Origin: Schizochytrium sp. TIO01
Taxonomy: Eukaryota > Protista > Bigyra: Labyrinthulomycetes
DNA length: 64,000 bases
Reading direction: 5' to 3'
NCBI GenBank assembly: GCA_004764695.1
Contig: SMSO01000014.1
Coordinates: 7,120,029-7,184,028, forward strand
The notes beneath the pieces are model-generated. The model was not told the DNA's origin, did not search any database, and saw only the letters and a program-made list of their open reading frames with translations. The translations under genes were made by a program, and so were the position numbers. This document shows, in pieces, positions 48,301 through 60,647 of the stretch. How positions within the stretch are numbered: position 1 is the first letter of the stretch; each line of letters starts with the position of its first letter.

Positions 48301-50492
48301 GAACTCATAAAGGAATTTTTGTTTCAAAAACACATTTCGCGAGAGCACCCCCTAAAATATAAAGAAACAGCTATCGAACGATTTGCAACTTAATCTTTGA
48401 CAGTGATGTGTTTGGGAGAAAGCTGTGTGCAAAGTCCCAGTAAAGGATTCGTAGGCAATCATTTATTTGCCACAATTGATATGTTTCAAAATACTTCAAA
48501 ATTTGCAGTCATCGTACAGATTCAAAAGAAAAGAAGAAACTCTCTCCCCAGTTCAGGAAGAAGTAGTAGAAGATCCTGTGCGGCCAAAACATGTAATATC
48601 TTGCTTTGACGGTAGTGCAGGTAAAGTTGTTGCTGGGCAAGCATTGTTCTCATTAGTATAATTGCAAGTTCTAATTTATACGCTAAGGAAGAGAATTCTT
48701 CAACTAATCTTCTAGATAGATTAAACTATATTCTGCATTTTCGTTTCTGTAGTCAAGTGTGGGAAGAGTAAAGGAGAAGCATCAGAACTTGAATCAAATC
48801 ATGGACAACTGCTCCAGGCGTTCCGACCGTGCGGAGGTGGAGCATAGTGGGTGGTGCGCTTGGCCTAGCAAAGATGCTGGCTTGTCTACCTGCGCTTGTA
48901 GGTTGCCTCCGGTTCCTTCTGGCTTACCGCCGAACGAACGATGATGAGATCTGACCACAGCAAACTTGGCTCTGCGATACTTCGACGAGGCTCGAGCTCC
49001 TGCCAGCACCGCTGCTTTGGCAAGATGGGTCTCTGTCTCCGCCAGCGAGCACAGTGTTAAGTGCTAAGCTTTGATTCTCAATTATAGGAGGTGCTTACGC
49101 CTCAGAAAGGTCTGTGAAACAAGTGAGGTCTTGTTGGAGAATCAGCTGTCCACCTGAAAGGAGGTCTGGCACCAAGCCTAAACCATGGCCTCTGGGATAA
49201 AGGAATCAATGCTGGGTCACAAGCCTGGTCATTCTCACAATGCGGCTGTTTTGCTCATTGATACATTTTTTGTAAAATTCGCCGCTGACGAGAGTAATGA
49301 ACAATTATTCACAAACACGAGCGACTTCACGGGTCACAAAAATATTCAAAGTGCTCTGCACATTTTGGCTAGGATAATAGCAATGGGAGACTTTATGAAT
49401 AAAAGGTTTTTTAATATGGTTCATCTACAGTGTAGAACCTTTCACCACATAAGCAATTACCGCGGTGACAATTGCAAATATTAAAAGTGGCTATGAACTC
49501 CGCAGTGCATTCAATTGGTCCATATGTAGATGCCATTTTCCTGCATTGTCGTTCGCACTGAGCTGTGCACGAAAAGCAGTCAACTGAACATTGGAATTCT
49601 ACTGTTGCGACAATAACAACGTTCTATTGAATTTTACGCTAGCTAGGTCATGGCTTTGGTTTATTGGTCTAATGAATATGTTCCTTGTAGTAGGTATCTG
49701 CCGAAGTACCAATACTAACTTAGTTTAGGGAAAATGAAACATAAAATGTTGTACATCACCAGATGGCCAACGTTTCTCCTCTCAAAAACCCAGATCAATT
49801 CAGGTCGCTGGATCATTGAATTTAGAATTTCTGATACCTATCTTTGTTTCGAATTATAGTAAATTAAACACGGTTGTCTTCAGGGAAGCTACTGAAAATT
49901 TCATTTCTTTAAATCTGCTGCTGAAGGGTATCTTTAACATGTACAACTTTTGTGCTGTTACCTTGAGCCCGCCACCTGGGGCAAAGGGAGAAGAGAAAAA
50001 GTGAAGCCTCGGGCAAACGAATGGCGCTTCAAATGAACAATATAACTCGATTGATAGCGGCGATGAGAATGATATTTGTAAAGCAAGTACGACCTTTTTC
50101 TGTGGAACCTCTATTCATTTTACCGAGATCTTAAAGTTGTACTTTTCATTTGTTTCTGCAAACGTACTTTCCAGATGATGCAGTTACTGACCATGGCTTC
50201 CCCAAGTAAATCACCGATTGATGCAAAGTAAGTTCGATTCTTTATCTCTTTGTGTCTATTCTTAATTCGAATTTTTTAATGCATTGCAAAAAACAGGATA
50301 CACCAATCTTGTGATTCCCTATGATTTTATTACTCAGGAATACTAATAGTGTGTCATCGATACCAGTACGTATGACAAAATTGAAGAAAATTGACCCTGC
50401 TTTGAATGATAAACTAATATTTTTGCTCAATTATTAGTGATTCATATAAAAAATGAGTGGCTTGAAAGGGGGAGGAAAGCAAAAAAAAAAAA

Positions 50493-50610
50493 ACATTCAA
50501 CACCGGAGCTTCGCATGCAGTCCCCTATCATACTACTGACCCGGCCCTACGCGACTTTACTTCTCAGTGCGAATGAGATGAGGTGTTACCCGCGTGGTAT
50601 GATCGAATGT
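50493..50610 (-). rRNA. 5S rRNA (second copy)
   Basis: Near-identical to 25680-25797 (one visible substitution, CGGAGC vs CGGGGC), with a T-run terminator. Confidence 0.9.
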
Positions 50611-50694
50611 GCTTCAGAATGCGGAACTTAGGCAATTATACTATAGTCCTCTGTATCACTTTATTAAAAATAAAGGGAAGAACTTAAAAGGTAT

Positions 50695-50916
50695 TATTGA
50701 AGTAGTATACAGCTACTGCCTAACCTAACCTAACCTAACCAAGCCCTCATGTCCGACACATCCTGTGTATCGGACTGACATCATACATTCATCCCTGCCT
50801 GTATCCAGACCCGAAACCCCAATAACTCATATATCATCCTCTTTCTCTTTCTCATGAGTTCGCCATCCTTGTCAGACTACCTCTGCACGCTCCACAGCAC
50901 AAGCTACTCTGCAATA
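50695..50916 (+). mobile_element. Solo LTR of a Ty1/copia family with 5-bp target-site duplication
   Basis: Termini TATTG...CAATA; GGTAT on both sides (50690-50694 and 50917-50921); diverged reverse complement of 57176-57408, which abuts the copia pol remnant. Confidence 0.85.
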
Positions 50917-51099
50917 GGTATCTTTTCTTCGAGTTTCTCTGGCCTGTCACAAACACAGAAGATCCCTCTTAGGCTTCTGCTATGGAGTAATTTGTTTTAC
51001 TTTGTTGAAGTACAAGTTGATGTCTCGTAGCAGCAATGTTGGTAAACAACAAGTCTAGTATTATATTCGAACAGAAACATATAACACAAACTAACATAT

Positions 51100-51990
51100 T
51101 CGACAAGTGCTGAATTTGCTTTTCAGATAGACACTCCTGAGAAGAGAAACTGACAAAGCACTACGTCATGACTTTGCAAGGCTCAGAGAAACACCTTTTT
51201 GACCGATGCTATCAGTCATGTGACTATTACAGGGAATGAAGGGAACGAAGCAAGCCTCAAAATAAGTTTCCAAGGCAATTTGTAAGCGAATCCAAATCAA
51301 CCCGATTCGATCCCAATCGATTGAACTAAACCATAGTTATCCAAGACAAACATTAACTCTAGCCTCAACAATAAGTAACCACAAGAAACTACGATGCTTC
51401 CTCAATCGCCCTTAAGCAATCGCAACCACGTTTCATTCAAACACATTAAATATAAGATTAGGAGAGTTCCAGGTCCTTTAGCCTCCTGATTGAGTTGAAG
51501 TTCGTGCCTTTCGAGCAATCGATTATTTCATTCTGTGAATTTTGCAAATGTTGTCTATGGTTAAGAAATGCATCGTTATTCTTGCGTAGCACAAGCATCC
51601 AACATGTTTGAGAATTTCTGAAGTTGTCTTGCATAAGTTATTTTTATAAGTCGTTGCTTTGGTCTAGCTTGCAAAATTTAAGTGGGTACAGAAATTTTCT
51701 TCTTCAAATGAATTGAAGGTAGACTACTTTGTAGCAACTTTCATTAGTTTCTTGCGCAGATCAGAAAACAAGCTTGAAAATCAGCACTAATTAGTTCAAT
51801 TGTACAGCTTCCATTCCTGTTTCAAAATGAAAAATTGAAATTCCTCGCCAAAATATGTTCCTTTGAATGTCACCGATATAGTTTGCGCCTCTCCTTTTGA
51901 ACACTCTTTATTTCATAGATGTAGAACACTCTACAATCAGGATTCATTCCAACAGCTGTATTTTCCCCAAGTGATAACAACGAGCTCGCT
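51100..51990. repeat. Diverged direct duplication, copy 1 (copy 2 at ~56315-56975)
   Basis: Shared collinear blocks, e.g. GACACT-CTGAGAAG...ACTACGTCATGACTT, AGCAATCGATTATTT, CCGATATAGTT and CAGGATTCATTC. Confidence 0.75.
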
Positions 51991-53611
51991 CTCCAGGAAA
52001 TGAAGTATCTATAGTAAAACATAACCATTTCTCCTGATGAGTTAATCGTGAAGTTCCAATAATGCTAAATACTTTTTGAGACGTGCGTATTAAAACAAAT
52101 AGTAGAAAATTATTTCGCTTTTCAAGTTTGCAAGTGATTGTAATGCACGAATTGTACTCGTTTGAGCCTCGAGAGCGCCTTGTTGCACGAAGTGACGCGC
52201 TACAGAGGTCAAAACAGCAACAAAGCTTAGGTAGTGTACAGGCGTTATGGGCATTGCAGCTTTGGTTTGGTCTAAGAGTGGAAAAGCGCACCGAGCGGTC
52301 AATCAACTTATATCTTGGTCAAAGTCTTTGAGCTTTGAAGTCTCACTTTTGTTTAGTGAAGTCATGCGCGAGGTGATCCCGTCGACGGTTAGAGGGCAGC
52401 CAAATGGTTGAGCTAAGACAATGAGCAAGTCGCACTGACCTAGATAATCGATCAATCGATTCGCAAGTTCTTGTGTGCCAAGCTCAAACGCAGACAGGAA
52501 CAACTCGGGACTTCTGTCGTGTAGCGAAAATACGAGACTGTTTATTTATTTTTTATTATTATTATTTATAAAGGAGAATTTCTTTTGGAAAACATTGAGT
52601 ATGCATTGTTGCATCCGACAGGTGTTGTAAAGCGTGTTGGTTTTAGCAGCAAAAGAGTTTCTTCTAAAAGATATTATTCATGCGACAACCCGACTACTGG
52701 AAAATCAAGATCTAAGCTTTCGAATCTCCACCAAAGCGTTACGTTCTCAAACCATCTGGATTTTTTAGTTCATTAGGATATTCATTACAAGTTGAAAATC
52801 TTCTAATATCTCTCTTGCCTGAGAAATAAGTGAAAACGGGATTTGTATGGTAGACGCACGGGTGTCATATCTTTAGAGCATGGTATAGAGCACATGGACA
52901 GGAGCCCTAACAAGTACTTCTGCCTTGTTGGCTGTGACATGTGTGTTGGTCGCACTCAGAGCTAGTAAGATGCATTCGACATCGATGGAATAACAACATC
53001 GACTCCGATTCAAGCTGTTAATCAACGTTTGCAGAATTTCAAAAGAGGCAAGAATTCATGAAGCGCCTTTCTATTTCGAGTTTAAAATGTCTTTACAGTG
53101 GATTTCCCACTACTTGGGTCACCAAGGACAGAAATTTGAGAAATTTCGAGCTCACCACCGGCCTTTTTGTGTCTTTTTGTGTGATTTCAAGTACCTTTGC
53201 ATATTCATTCTTGGTAGTATCCATGACTCCTTTCTTTTGTGAGCTGACGCTTATAGTTCTTTTTATGATAAGTTTGGAATTTGGGGTTGATAGTTCGGAT
53301 TTTTCAAGGCTTTATGTAATTTCTTTATTGTTCTTCTTTTCAACAAATATTATTAGCTTTTCAATTTAAAATTTACTAACAGTTATTTAAGTAACATTAC
53401 TACGACCAATGCGAGTGACTAATTAAAAAAACACACCTCTAAGCGTTTGTAGTTAAGTGAGTGAGAAACTATTTCCGACTATAATGAATGATCATGTAAT
53501 GCTATAATTAAACCTAATCAACTTAATTTAGTACTCAAAAATTAAAATATTCAACATTTTACACACAGACCAAAACTAGGCAAACACACAAAGAAGCTGT
53601 CGTAACTCGGC

Positions 53612-53682
53612 AAGGCATCAGTCACAAGGCAGAAAGGCATCAGTCGCAAGGCAGCAAGGCATCAGTCGCAAGGCAGCAAGGC
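53612..53682 (+). repeat. 22-bp tandem repeat x3 (AAGGCATCAGTCGCAAGGCAGC)
   Basis: Directly visible, just upstream of the broken kinase ORF. Confidence 0.85.
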
Positions 53683-53884
53683 GCTGATGATATTCCTGCT
53701 GCCTCCTATAGTGAAGTGGCTGCTTAGTTAACTCAGCCCAACCGTGCCATGGCTCAGCATCTTGGCGCTGGTTTTGTCTATGTCGAAGCGCTTCTAGCCG
53801 AACTGGCGAATACCCGCAAGTCAGCTGGGGAACCGACTTGACCAAATACCCCCCAATGCTTTCCGCATTTTCTCTAGCGAGGTC

Positions 53885-55582
53885 ATGCAGGAGATGGAAA
53901 CCTACGTTCGCTACATGAGCGGTAACCAGCAAATCGTCTTCGAACTTGGGGATGGTAAAATGTATCTTTGGGCAGGATTGGGGATGCGTCTGATTAATGA
54001 TCTGACGAGCTTACCTGTTGACTCCCACACTGAAACTCGTCCAGGTACAGCAATATTGCCTTGGGCTCTTGAGTTTCTCGAACTTCGTGAATGGGCTATG
54101 ACGTCATTTCAAGAAGAGATCATCGACAAAGTAATCAGTACAGGGGTTGGCTCCCTCGATGACCGATCTCTTCTAGTTGGTCGGAGTAGCTTTTCAATTC
54201 CAGAGCCTCTGAATATTCAATCCAAAGAACCTACCATCCGATATAATCTCGCCAATTTCTGCTGCATACCCATTGAGAAGGTTTGCAAGGCTAAATCTTC
54301 CTTTGGCATGTCCGATATTGATAGTGATGTTGAGCGAACAAATGGAGTTGGGTCTCGCAGCGATATTACAATTTCCTTTGGGAAAATTGCTTATTTGGTG
54401 ATTGAGGCCAAGAAGCCTCTCGACGTTGTAACGATCTTCCAGTCACCGAATTCGTTTTCTCGTGCCGCGACTGCCTCCATGTCGAATCAAAATAATTTAA
54501 ATGAACATGCTCTTGCTGGACTTCAACAACTCTTCAGCTACATGGTAACGCGCAGCCTCAGATTTGGGGTCTATACAACCCACGAATTTACTTACTTCCT
54601 TAAGCGAGACAACAAAGGCACTCTTTTTATTACTCCACCAATAAGTGGTTTCTCGAGGGGCGCGTCTCGTCCAGACGATGACACAATTACAGCCAATCGG
54701 GCATTGTTTGCACTCTTGTTCTGTCTAAAACATGGACTCGTCGAGGATGCCATTGAGTATTTTCCATCTGATGATAGTGCAAATGTTGACGAAGCTAATT
54801 TTTTCATCCACTGTGCAGAAAGTTACGGTGACGAGAGACTAGATAGTGAGAACTCTGACAAAGTCAATGCATTACCAGGTCAGGCCGGGAAATAATTTTT
54901 TGAGAAAATCAGTGATTACCATTAGCACGCGTCACTAGAATTTCCGAAGGATCTCGAGATTAAACGCAGAAGATTTTTAGATCTGCTTCCCCTTGATGAG
55001 AATCATTTTAGTATGCCACTACCGTGGAAATCTACATTCCAATTTGTACGTGCAGGAAATTTGGCAGACACTGCACGCATTTCAAACGCAATTGGTGGCG
55101 CGCGTGATGTGTACGTCAAAACCTTTGTTATTCACACCTCTCACGATGTTGACGAGATCAATCGTCAGTTGCAGCATTTCCTGAAGGAGATTGACTTTTA
55201 TAATGGTCCTTTGCGTGCTCTCCAAGGAATTGCAGTTCCTTTTCTCGTTTATGTAGGACACTTTCATCAACGACCAACGATCGCTACGACGAATTCGGGT
55301 ATACATCCAACTAGTCTCATGCTTGATAGGCATCCGTGGATTATAGATCGGGCTGTGGAGTCACTTCAACTTATCCATGCAGCTGGTGTTTTACATGGAG
55401 ACATTGCAGACCGAAATATTGCTTTTGATGCAGATGCAGGCATGGTTCACTTTATTGATTTTGGCGAAGCAAAGACGATGCCAGGTACTGATTCTTTGGC
55501 TGTAGTTGAAAAGGAGAAAGAGTTAGCAACCCTTATGGAGGATTTTGAAATGATGGCTCCACCCAATCAAACGCCTAAGTAA
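53885..55582 (+). pseudogene. PD-(D/E)xK nuclease-like + atypical kinase gene interrupted by two in-frame stops
   Basis: SD...VIEAKK, QQLFSYM, LQGIAVPFL, HGDIADRNI and FIDFG. ORFs 53885-54895 and 55013-55582 share a frame, separated by TAA (54893) and TAG (54923). Confidence 0.75.
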
Positions 55583-56314
55583 CGGAGAGTTGAACCGTCA
55601 GATAGTAAGTATTAACAAATTGCAGTGCTGTCACTTTATCAGTTGTTGACGATTTCCATGATAACTGTCTTCTACGTTGGCACCAGGCTAGCCTATAGAA
55701 GCTAACAATGTCGATTTGCTCTTAAGGGTCTGCCAAAATGTTGTAAAGTTCTCACTTGCAGGGATCTGAATCAGGTGGTGCAACCCAATGAACGCCGCAG
55801 TTCTCCGCCATCACTTCAACTGTGTTGCTCGTTTACCATCGAATGGCTGGAGCGAATGTCAGACTGGCTGGCGTTAGAGGAATCTCAGATTAAGTGCCAG
55901 GAGCTGAAACTGCCTCGGACAGACCCGTCGAGGGTTGTCGCACCTGTCATTTAAGCGATTGTTGAAATCAAGGCAACTTATCCAACATAAGTATCATTCT
56001 TGTTAGACCAGCAGGCATTACCCGACCCCATGAGACAATGAAGGGAACACGGTGGCCACCTTCATAAAGGGACCATTTACCAGCACGAAGACCAGCGGCA
56101 GGGAACATGTTTTACTTGGCTCAAGAATCGTAGTCTTAGGACCATTGTCTCTTGTTGCCACATTTAATGTGTCCTCGGCAATATTCCAACGCACGAGTAT
56201 GTTAAGTAGGTGACTGGGCCGGTAGTCGAGCTCTTCAGTCGCATTAACGTAGGTTGCATCTTTGTTATAACCAGAATCGGGGTGGTTTGCGGAGCCACAG
56301 GCTAACTTTCTCAA

Positions 56315-56975
56315 CAAGTGATGAATGTCTGTTTTAGATTGACACTACTGAGAAGGAGAAACTGACACATTACTACGTCATGACTTCGTAAGGCTCAAAG
56401 GAAGACCTTCATGACCAGACCATGGTGAAGCGTCAGTCAACATAGTGATGCGTCTATGTCAGGGAACGAAGAGGACGAAGCAAGCCTGAAAATGAGTTTG
56501 CAAGGTAATCCGACAAGATTAGCAAAGCTGTAGGTCCTCTACTCTCTTGGTTGACCTTTCAAGCAATCGATTATTTATTCTGTGAATATTACAAATCTTG
56601 AGTGCATAGTTAAGAAATGCCTCATGTTTCTTTCCCAAGCACTAAATTATCTGACATGATTGAGAATTTCCAAAGCTGTCTTGTACAGGTTAATGGTTAT
56701 AAGTAGTTGTTTTAGTTTAGTTTGCATAGTTTTAAATAAATACATTTAGAAAAAAAAAAATTACACTGTTTTTTGTTGTGGTGTTTCAGTTCTGTGCTAG
56801 AAGGAAAGGTGACACTTGTTCACCTAACGATTTCCTTTGCGTGTCCGAATCTCGCCGATATAGTTCGACTCTCTCCTACTAATCATTCTTCCTTTCACAG
56901 ATGCAAGAAACACTCTACGTTCAGGATTCATTCAAGCAGCTGTGTATCTCCTGGAAAACCACAACAAGCTAATTT
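56315..56975. repeat. Diverged direct duplication, copy 2
   Basis: Collinear similarity to ~51100-51990. Confidence 0.75.
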
Positions 56976-57175
56976 CCTATGCTGGAGACAAGAAAGAAAG
57001 TTACTGGGTGCTACTATTCCTAATGAGTTAACCACCTGGTTATAATATCTAGTGTTACAAAGTTGAATATAATGAGAAGTGCGTTTTAAAACTAATAAAG
57101 GGACTACCCAAACACGGCTGTGGCTGTGTACACACATGGTCTCAGCTGCTTTAAAACTGACTCGAACAATAACCT

Positions 57176-60060
57176 TATTGCAGATTAGCCTGTGCTGTGA
57201 AGCGTGGAGAGGTAGTCTGACAAGGATGACGAACTCAGGAGAAAAAGAAAGAGGATGATGTATGAGTTATCGGGGTTTCAGGTCTGGATACAGGCAGGAA
57301 TGAATGTATGAATGTCAGTCCAATACACAGTATGTGTCGGACATGAGAGCTTGGTTAGGTTAGGTTAGGTTAGGTGAGGTTAGGCAGTAGCTGTATATTA
57401 CTTCAATATGTTCATTCACAGAGTCGTCAGGATGATCACTTAACTCTTTGAGAATAAATGGAGTTTTAGTGCCATTGCAAATTTCCATATTACATCGTCT
57501 AAGGGCTTTTTCACAATACTCTCGTTGGCTAATGGTACAGATCTTTTGTGACTTGTCATAGACATGTGTGTCACTAAGATAATGACATTGTTTTTCACGG
57601 TAACTTTGACGCCGATATTTTGTTCGAGTTATTCGACAATCGCTTTTAGTGCTTGGGGAGTGCCAAAGATTCTCATGTCATCAACATTGATAGTCATTAG
57701 AAGATCTTTGCCAATAAAGAGTAATGCATCCGTTATGGATCGTGTTAAGCCATAATTTTCTAAGATAGCTGTCAAATGATTCATCCGCCTACGGGGGGTA
57801 CGGGGGGGCACTTTTGAGTCCATACTGACTTTGACGCAGACGATAACAATATCCTTCTGCTAAGTCAAGACCTTCAATACCTTTGATGTAGAGGAATTCG
57901 TCATCTGGAATTTGTGCTTCTAGAAATGCAGCTGTTACATCAACGGTGATAGCATAATAACCTCTCGTTAAAGCAATAATTGTTGCGACACGAATGCTTT
58001 CAGCATTAACTGTTGGTGAGTATATATCATAAACATGTTCAATGACCTCATTGTAGCCTTGTACTACAACCCGTGCGTTTAACAGATTGACCGGTGCTGT
58101 CTTCTTTGTGTAGACACATCTAGTTAACATTACAGTCTGTCCCTGTGGTAAAGTGTGTAAGGGTACAGTTTCCAGAACACCAGCGGACTGCAGATTGTGA
58201 TGTCCAGTAGTCATAGCAGCAATCCATAGTTGCTGATATGCATGTGGCAGTTTCCGCATCTCTTTATAGGTATTTGGAACTACAATGTCGTCATATGGAC
58301 ATGGTTTTGGAACCGGTTTAGTTAATTGTTTATGTTCTGTGTTGTTTATAACAAGAAAAGCAAAAAGTCCCTGTTCCCTCGGATGTATCGTGGGAATGAT
58401 TAGTTTATGTGAGGTCTCTTCCTTTGATAGAGAATTTATATCCGAGAAATCTAACTCTGTATTCGTCATATTACGTTTTCGTTTCAGACGATTGGTATAG
58501 TATCGGTATTTATTTGCAGCGCCTTTGGCACTGGGACCAAGATTTAGTGGTACATAAGATTTGGGAGTCCTTTTGGATCTCCGATGACTACCGTGTGCAT
58601 GGACTGAACTATGTTCGAGTTCCATGTCTTCACGAGCATTTTCACTATTGGATTCACGGTCATCATTATACTGTGGGGTATTAGTAGTGATAAAGGATTT
58701 AGTGCTATTAACTGTGGAGGGTAAAGCAGGTAGTTCCTGATATATTTCTCCGTCAATCAATTTATTTGATTCTTCACGTGTCCAATGAGTAATTAGATAA
58801 GGTGCCAGAACGGTTTCTAGCGACATTGTACGCTGGCGAGTTTGCTTGATCGAAAACCTTGACTGCACGCGTTTGAAGAATGTTGAACTTGTCTTTGGAT
58901 AAGACGTGTACAGTTCCATGAGTGTAATCATTAGCATATCCAAGGAAAATGCCTAGTCCACCCCTATCTTCCAACTTTCGTGGAATAGGAAACTTCTTGA
59001 AAACACATGGTGCTCCAAAACGGTGGAAGTAGCTGTAGTCTGGTGCTTTGCCAAAGTGTCGTTCATACGGAGACTTCCGATTGCGACTGGAAGCTATGCG
59101 ATATTGATATGTACAGCATGAGATAAATCATATGGCCAATATTTGGCTCCGAGTAATGCAGTTTTTAGGTTGGAGCGAAGACGATTCATAAGTACTTGAT
59201 TGATGCCTTCGGCAGGATTTGTAGCATGAGAATGCGGTGCAGATAGTTCATGTTTCCACCGTATGGTGTAAAGTAATCTTGCAAATTCTCCGCTTGTGAA
59301 GTATTTAGCTCCGTCTGTTCTAATGTTAATGCGCGAGCTGTTTTTACCTTTAAGCCATGTTTGGGCAAACATACGAAGGACATTGACACTTGATCCGTGG
59401 ATTGTATGGAATAAACGTAGGTAAAGTCTGAGTAAAGATCTCTGTAGACTATAGCATATTTGAACTTGTTGGGGACGCCTACAACGTGGAATGGTCTCAT
59501 CACATCAGCTGTAACAGCTTGTCGAGTAGACTTAGCATATGGTGTGTGAGGTCCTTTTGTCACTGGAATACGTTCAAAGTTGGCAAGTTTACAATCCAAG
59601 CATAGAAAATCGATTTGTGATGCTGAAACTCCTAGGGAGGACGCTATGCGTGGAATTGAAGCCTGACCTAATTTAAGGTGAGCGTCTAGCCAATCGATTA
59701 CTTTATAACTGAGTTTTTGTGTTTTCCGTAGTTGCAGAGCATTGACTTTGGGTGCTTTTACAGGAATAAGCATTGGAAAGTCGGATTGCTGACCGAGTGA
59801 AATAACTTCTCCATGTGGAGTGGTCATACGGTCGCTATCCTTTGAGAAGAAAAATGAAAATCCTTGCTGAGTCATAATAGACTGCTGAGATCTCCAATCG
59901 AAGGAACTAGTGGACAAGACATTGCTAGAGTTCTTGGTGTCCTTTTGTAAAACCCCATTAGACATAAGGTTTACGATATAGCAAGAGTAGGCAACCAGAC
60001 TCATGTGGCAGCCAGAGCCAAGAACTTGAAGTGTGAATACACATTACCTACATCCAAGCA
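57176..60060 (-). mobile_element. Degenerate Ty1/copia LTR retrotransposon (integrase then RT fragments, 3' LTR at 57176-57408)
   Basis: GAG-pre-integrase H..LG..CLDC; integrase TAD..PF, IRTDGA, P..H..N.AE..N; LGIFLGY; RT NARVVVQGY, YSPTV, DVTAAFL, YGLKS and NVDDM. Domain order INT-RT is copia-type. Multiple frameshifts; gag, RNase H and 5' LTR were not seen. Confidence 0.9.
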
Positions 60061-60647
60061 TGGTGTAACTTGAGTCGATGGTTCGAGAGGTTGAACTAAC
60101 CTAACCCCATCGATTATCTCTAACTACTTTCAAGGATGTCTTAATCTCCCTAAGTACTATATGAATCCATCTGCCCTGGAATCCATTCTCCAGGACAGCA
60201 GTTTGCTAACACAAATCAACCTTCTTATAACCTTCATCAAGCTTCTTGTCTTCATCTTTACAGTTAACCTCACGCTAACCAGTATCACCTTCCAGCAAAT
60301 ACCTTGCGGCGTTGTTGAATGAACTATCGAAGGAGCGGAGAGAGTAAGACTAAGAAAGAATTTGTACCTGATCATAAACTTAATAGGTTCCTCAACCTGG
60401 GAAAATAAAGTTAAAAAAGCATATATATCATCTGTCAAATGTTAACGAATCATTACACTGTTCTAAATTATGTTTAATTTATGTTAAGTTTTAGTATGTC
60501 CCCTCACCAAGAACCTTGCGGAAAAAAACCATTATAAATTTTGATCCTGTTGGCAGATGCCGTTACTATCTGGAGGAAAGCAATTGGTTTTTTGCCTTCT
60601 AGTCAACGGCGCTTAAGCAAAAGATAATCATTAAAAATTCGATTAGT

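Noticed and set aside
45800-49500. Possible decayed genes in the AT-rich region after the tRNAs
   Set aside because: Only short stop-riddled frames with no motif I can identify with confidence.
50719-50740. True telomere or chromosome-fusion scar
   Set aside because: Only about 4 CCTAA units, and they are an internal part of the LTR present in both copies.
50695-57408. A DNA transposon bounded by ~225-bp terminal inverted repeats carrying the kinase gene
   Set aside because: The left repeat has its own 5-bp TSD (solo LTR) and the right one abuts copia pol; the outer flanks do not form a shared TSD and no transposase is seen.
26621-60060. Diversity-generating retroelement (variable repeats plus a nearby RT)
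   Set aside because: The RT is a broken copia RT 24 kb away, there is no template/variable repeat pair, and substitutions are not adenine-specific.
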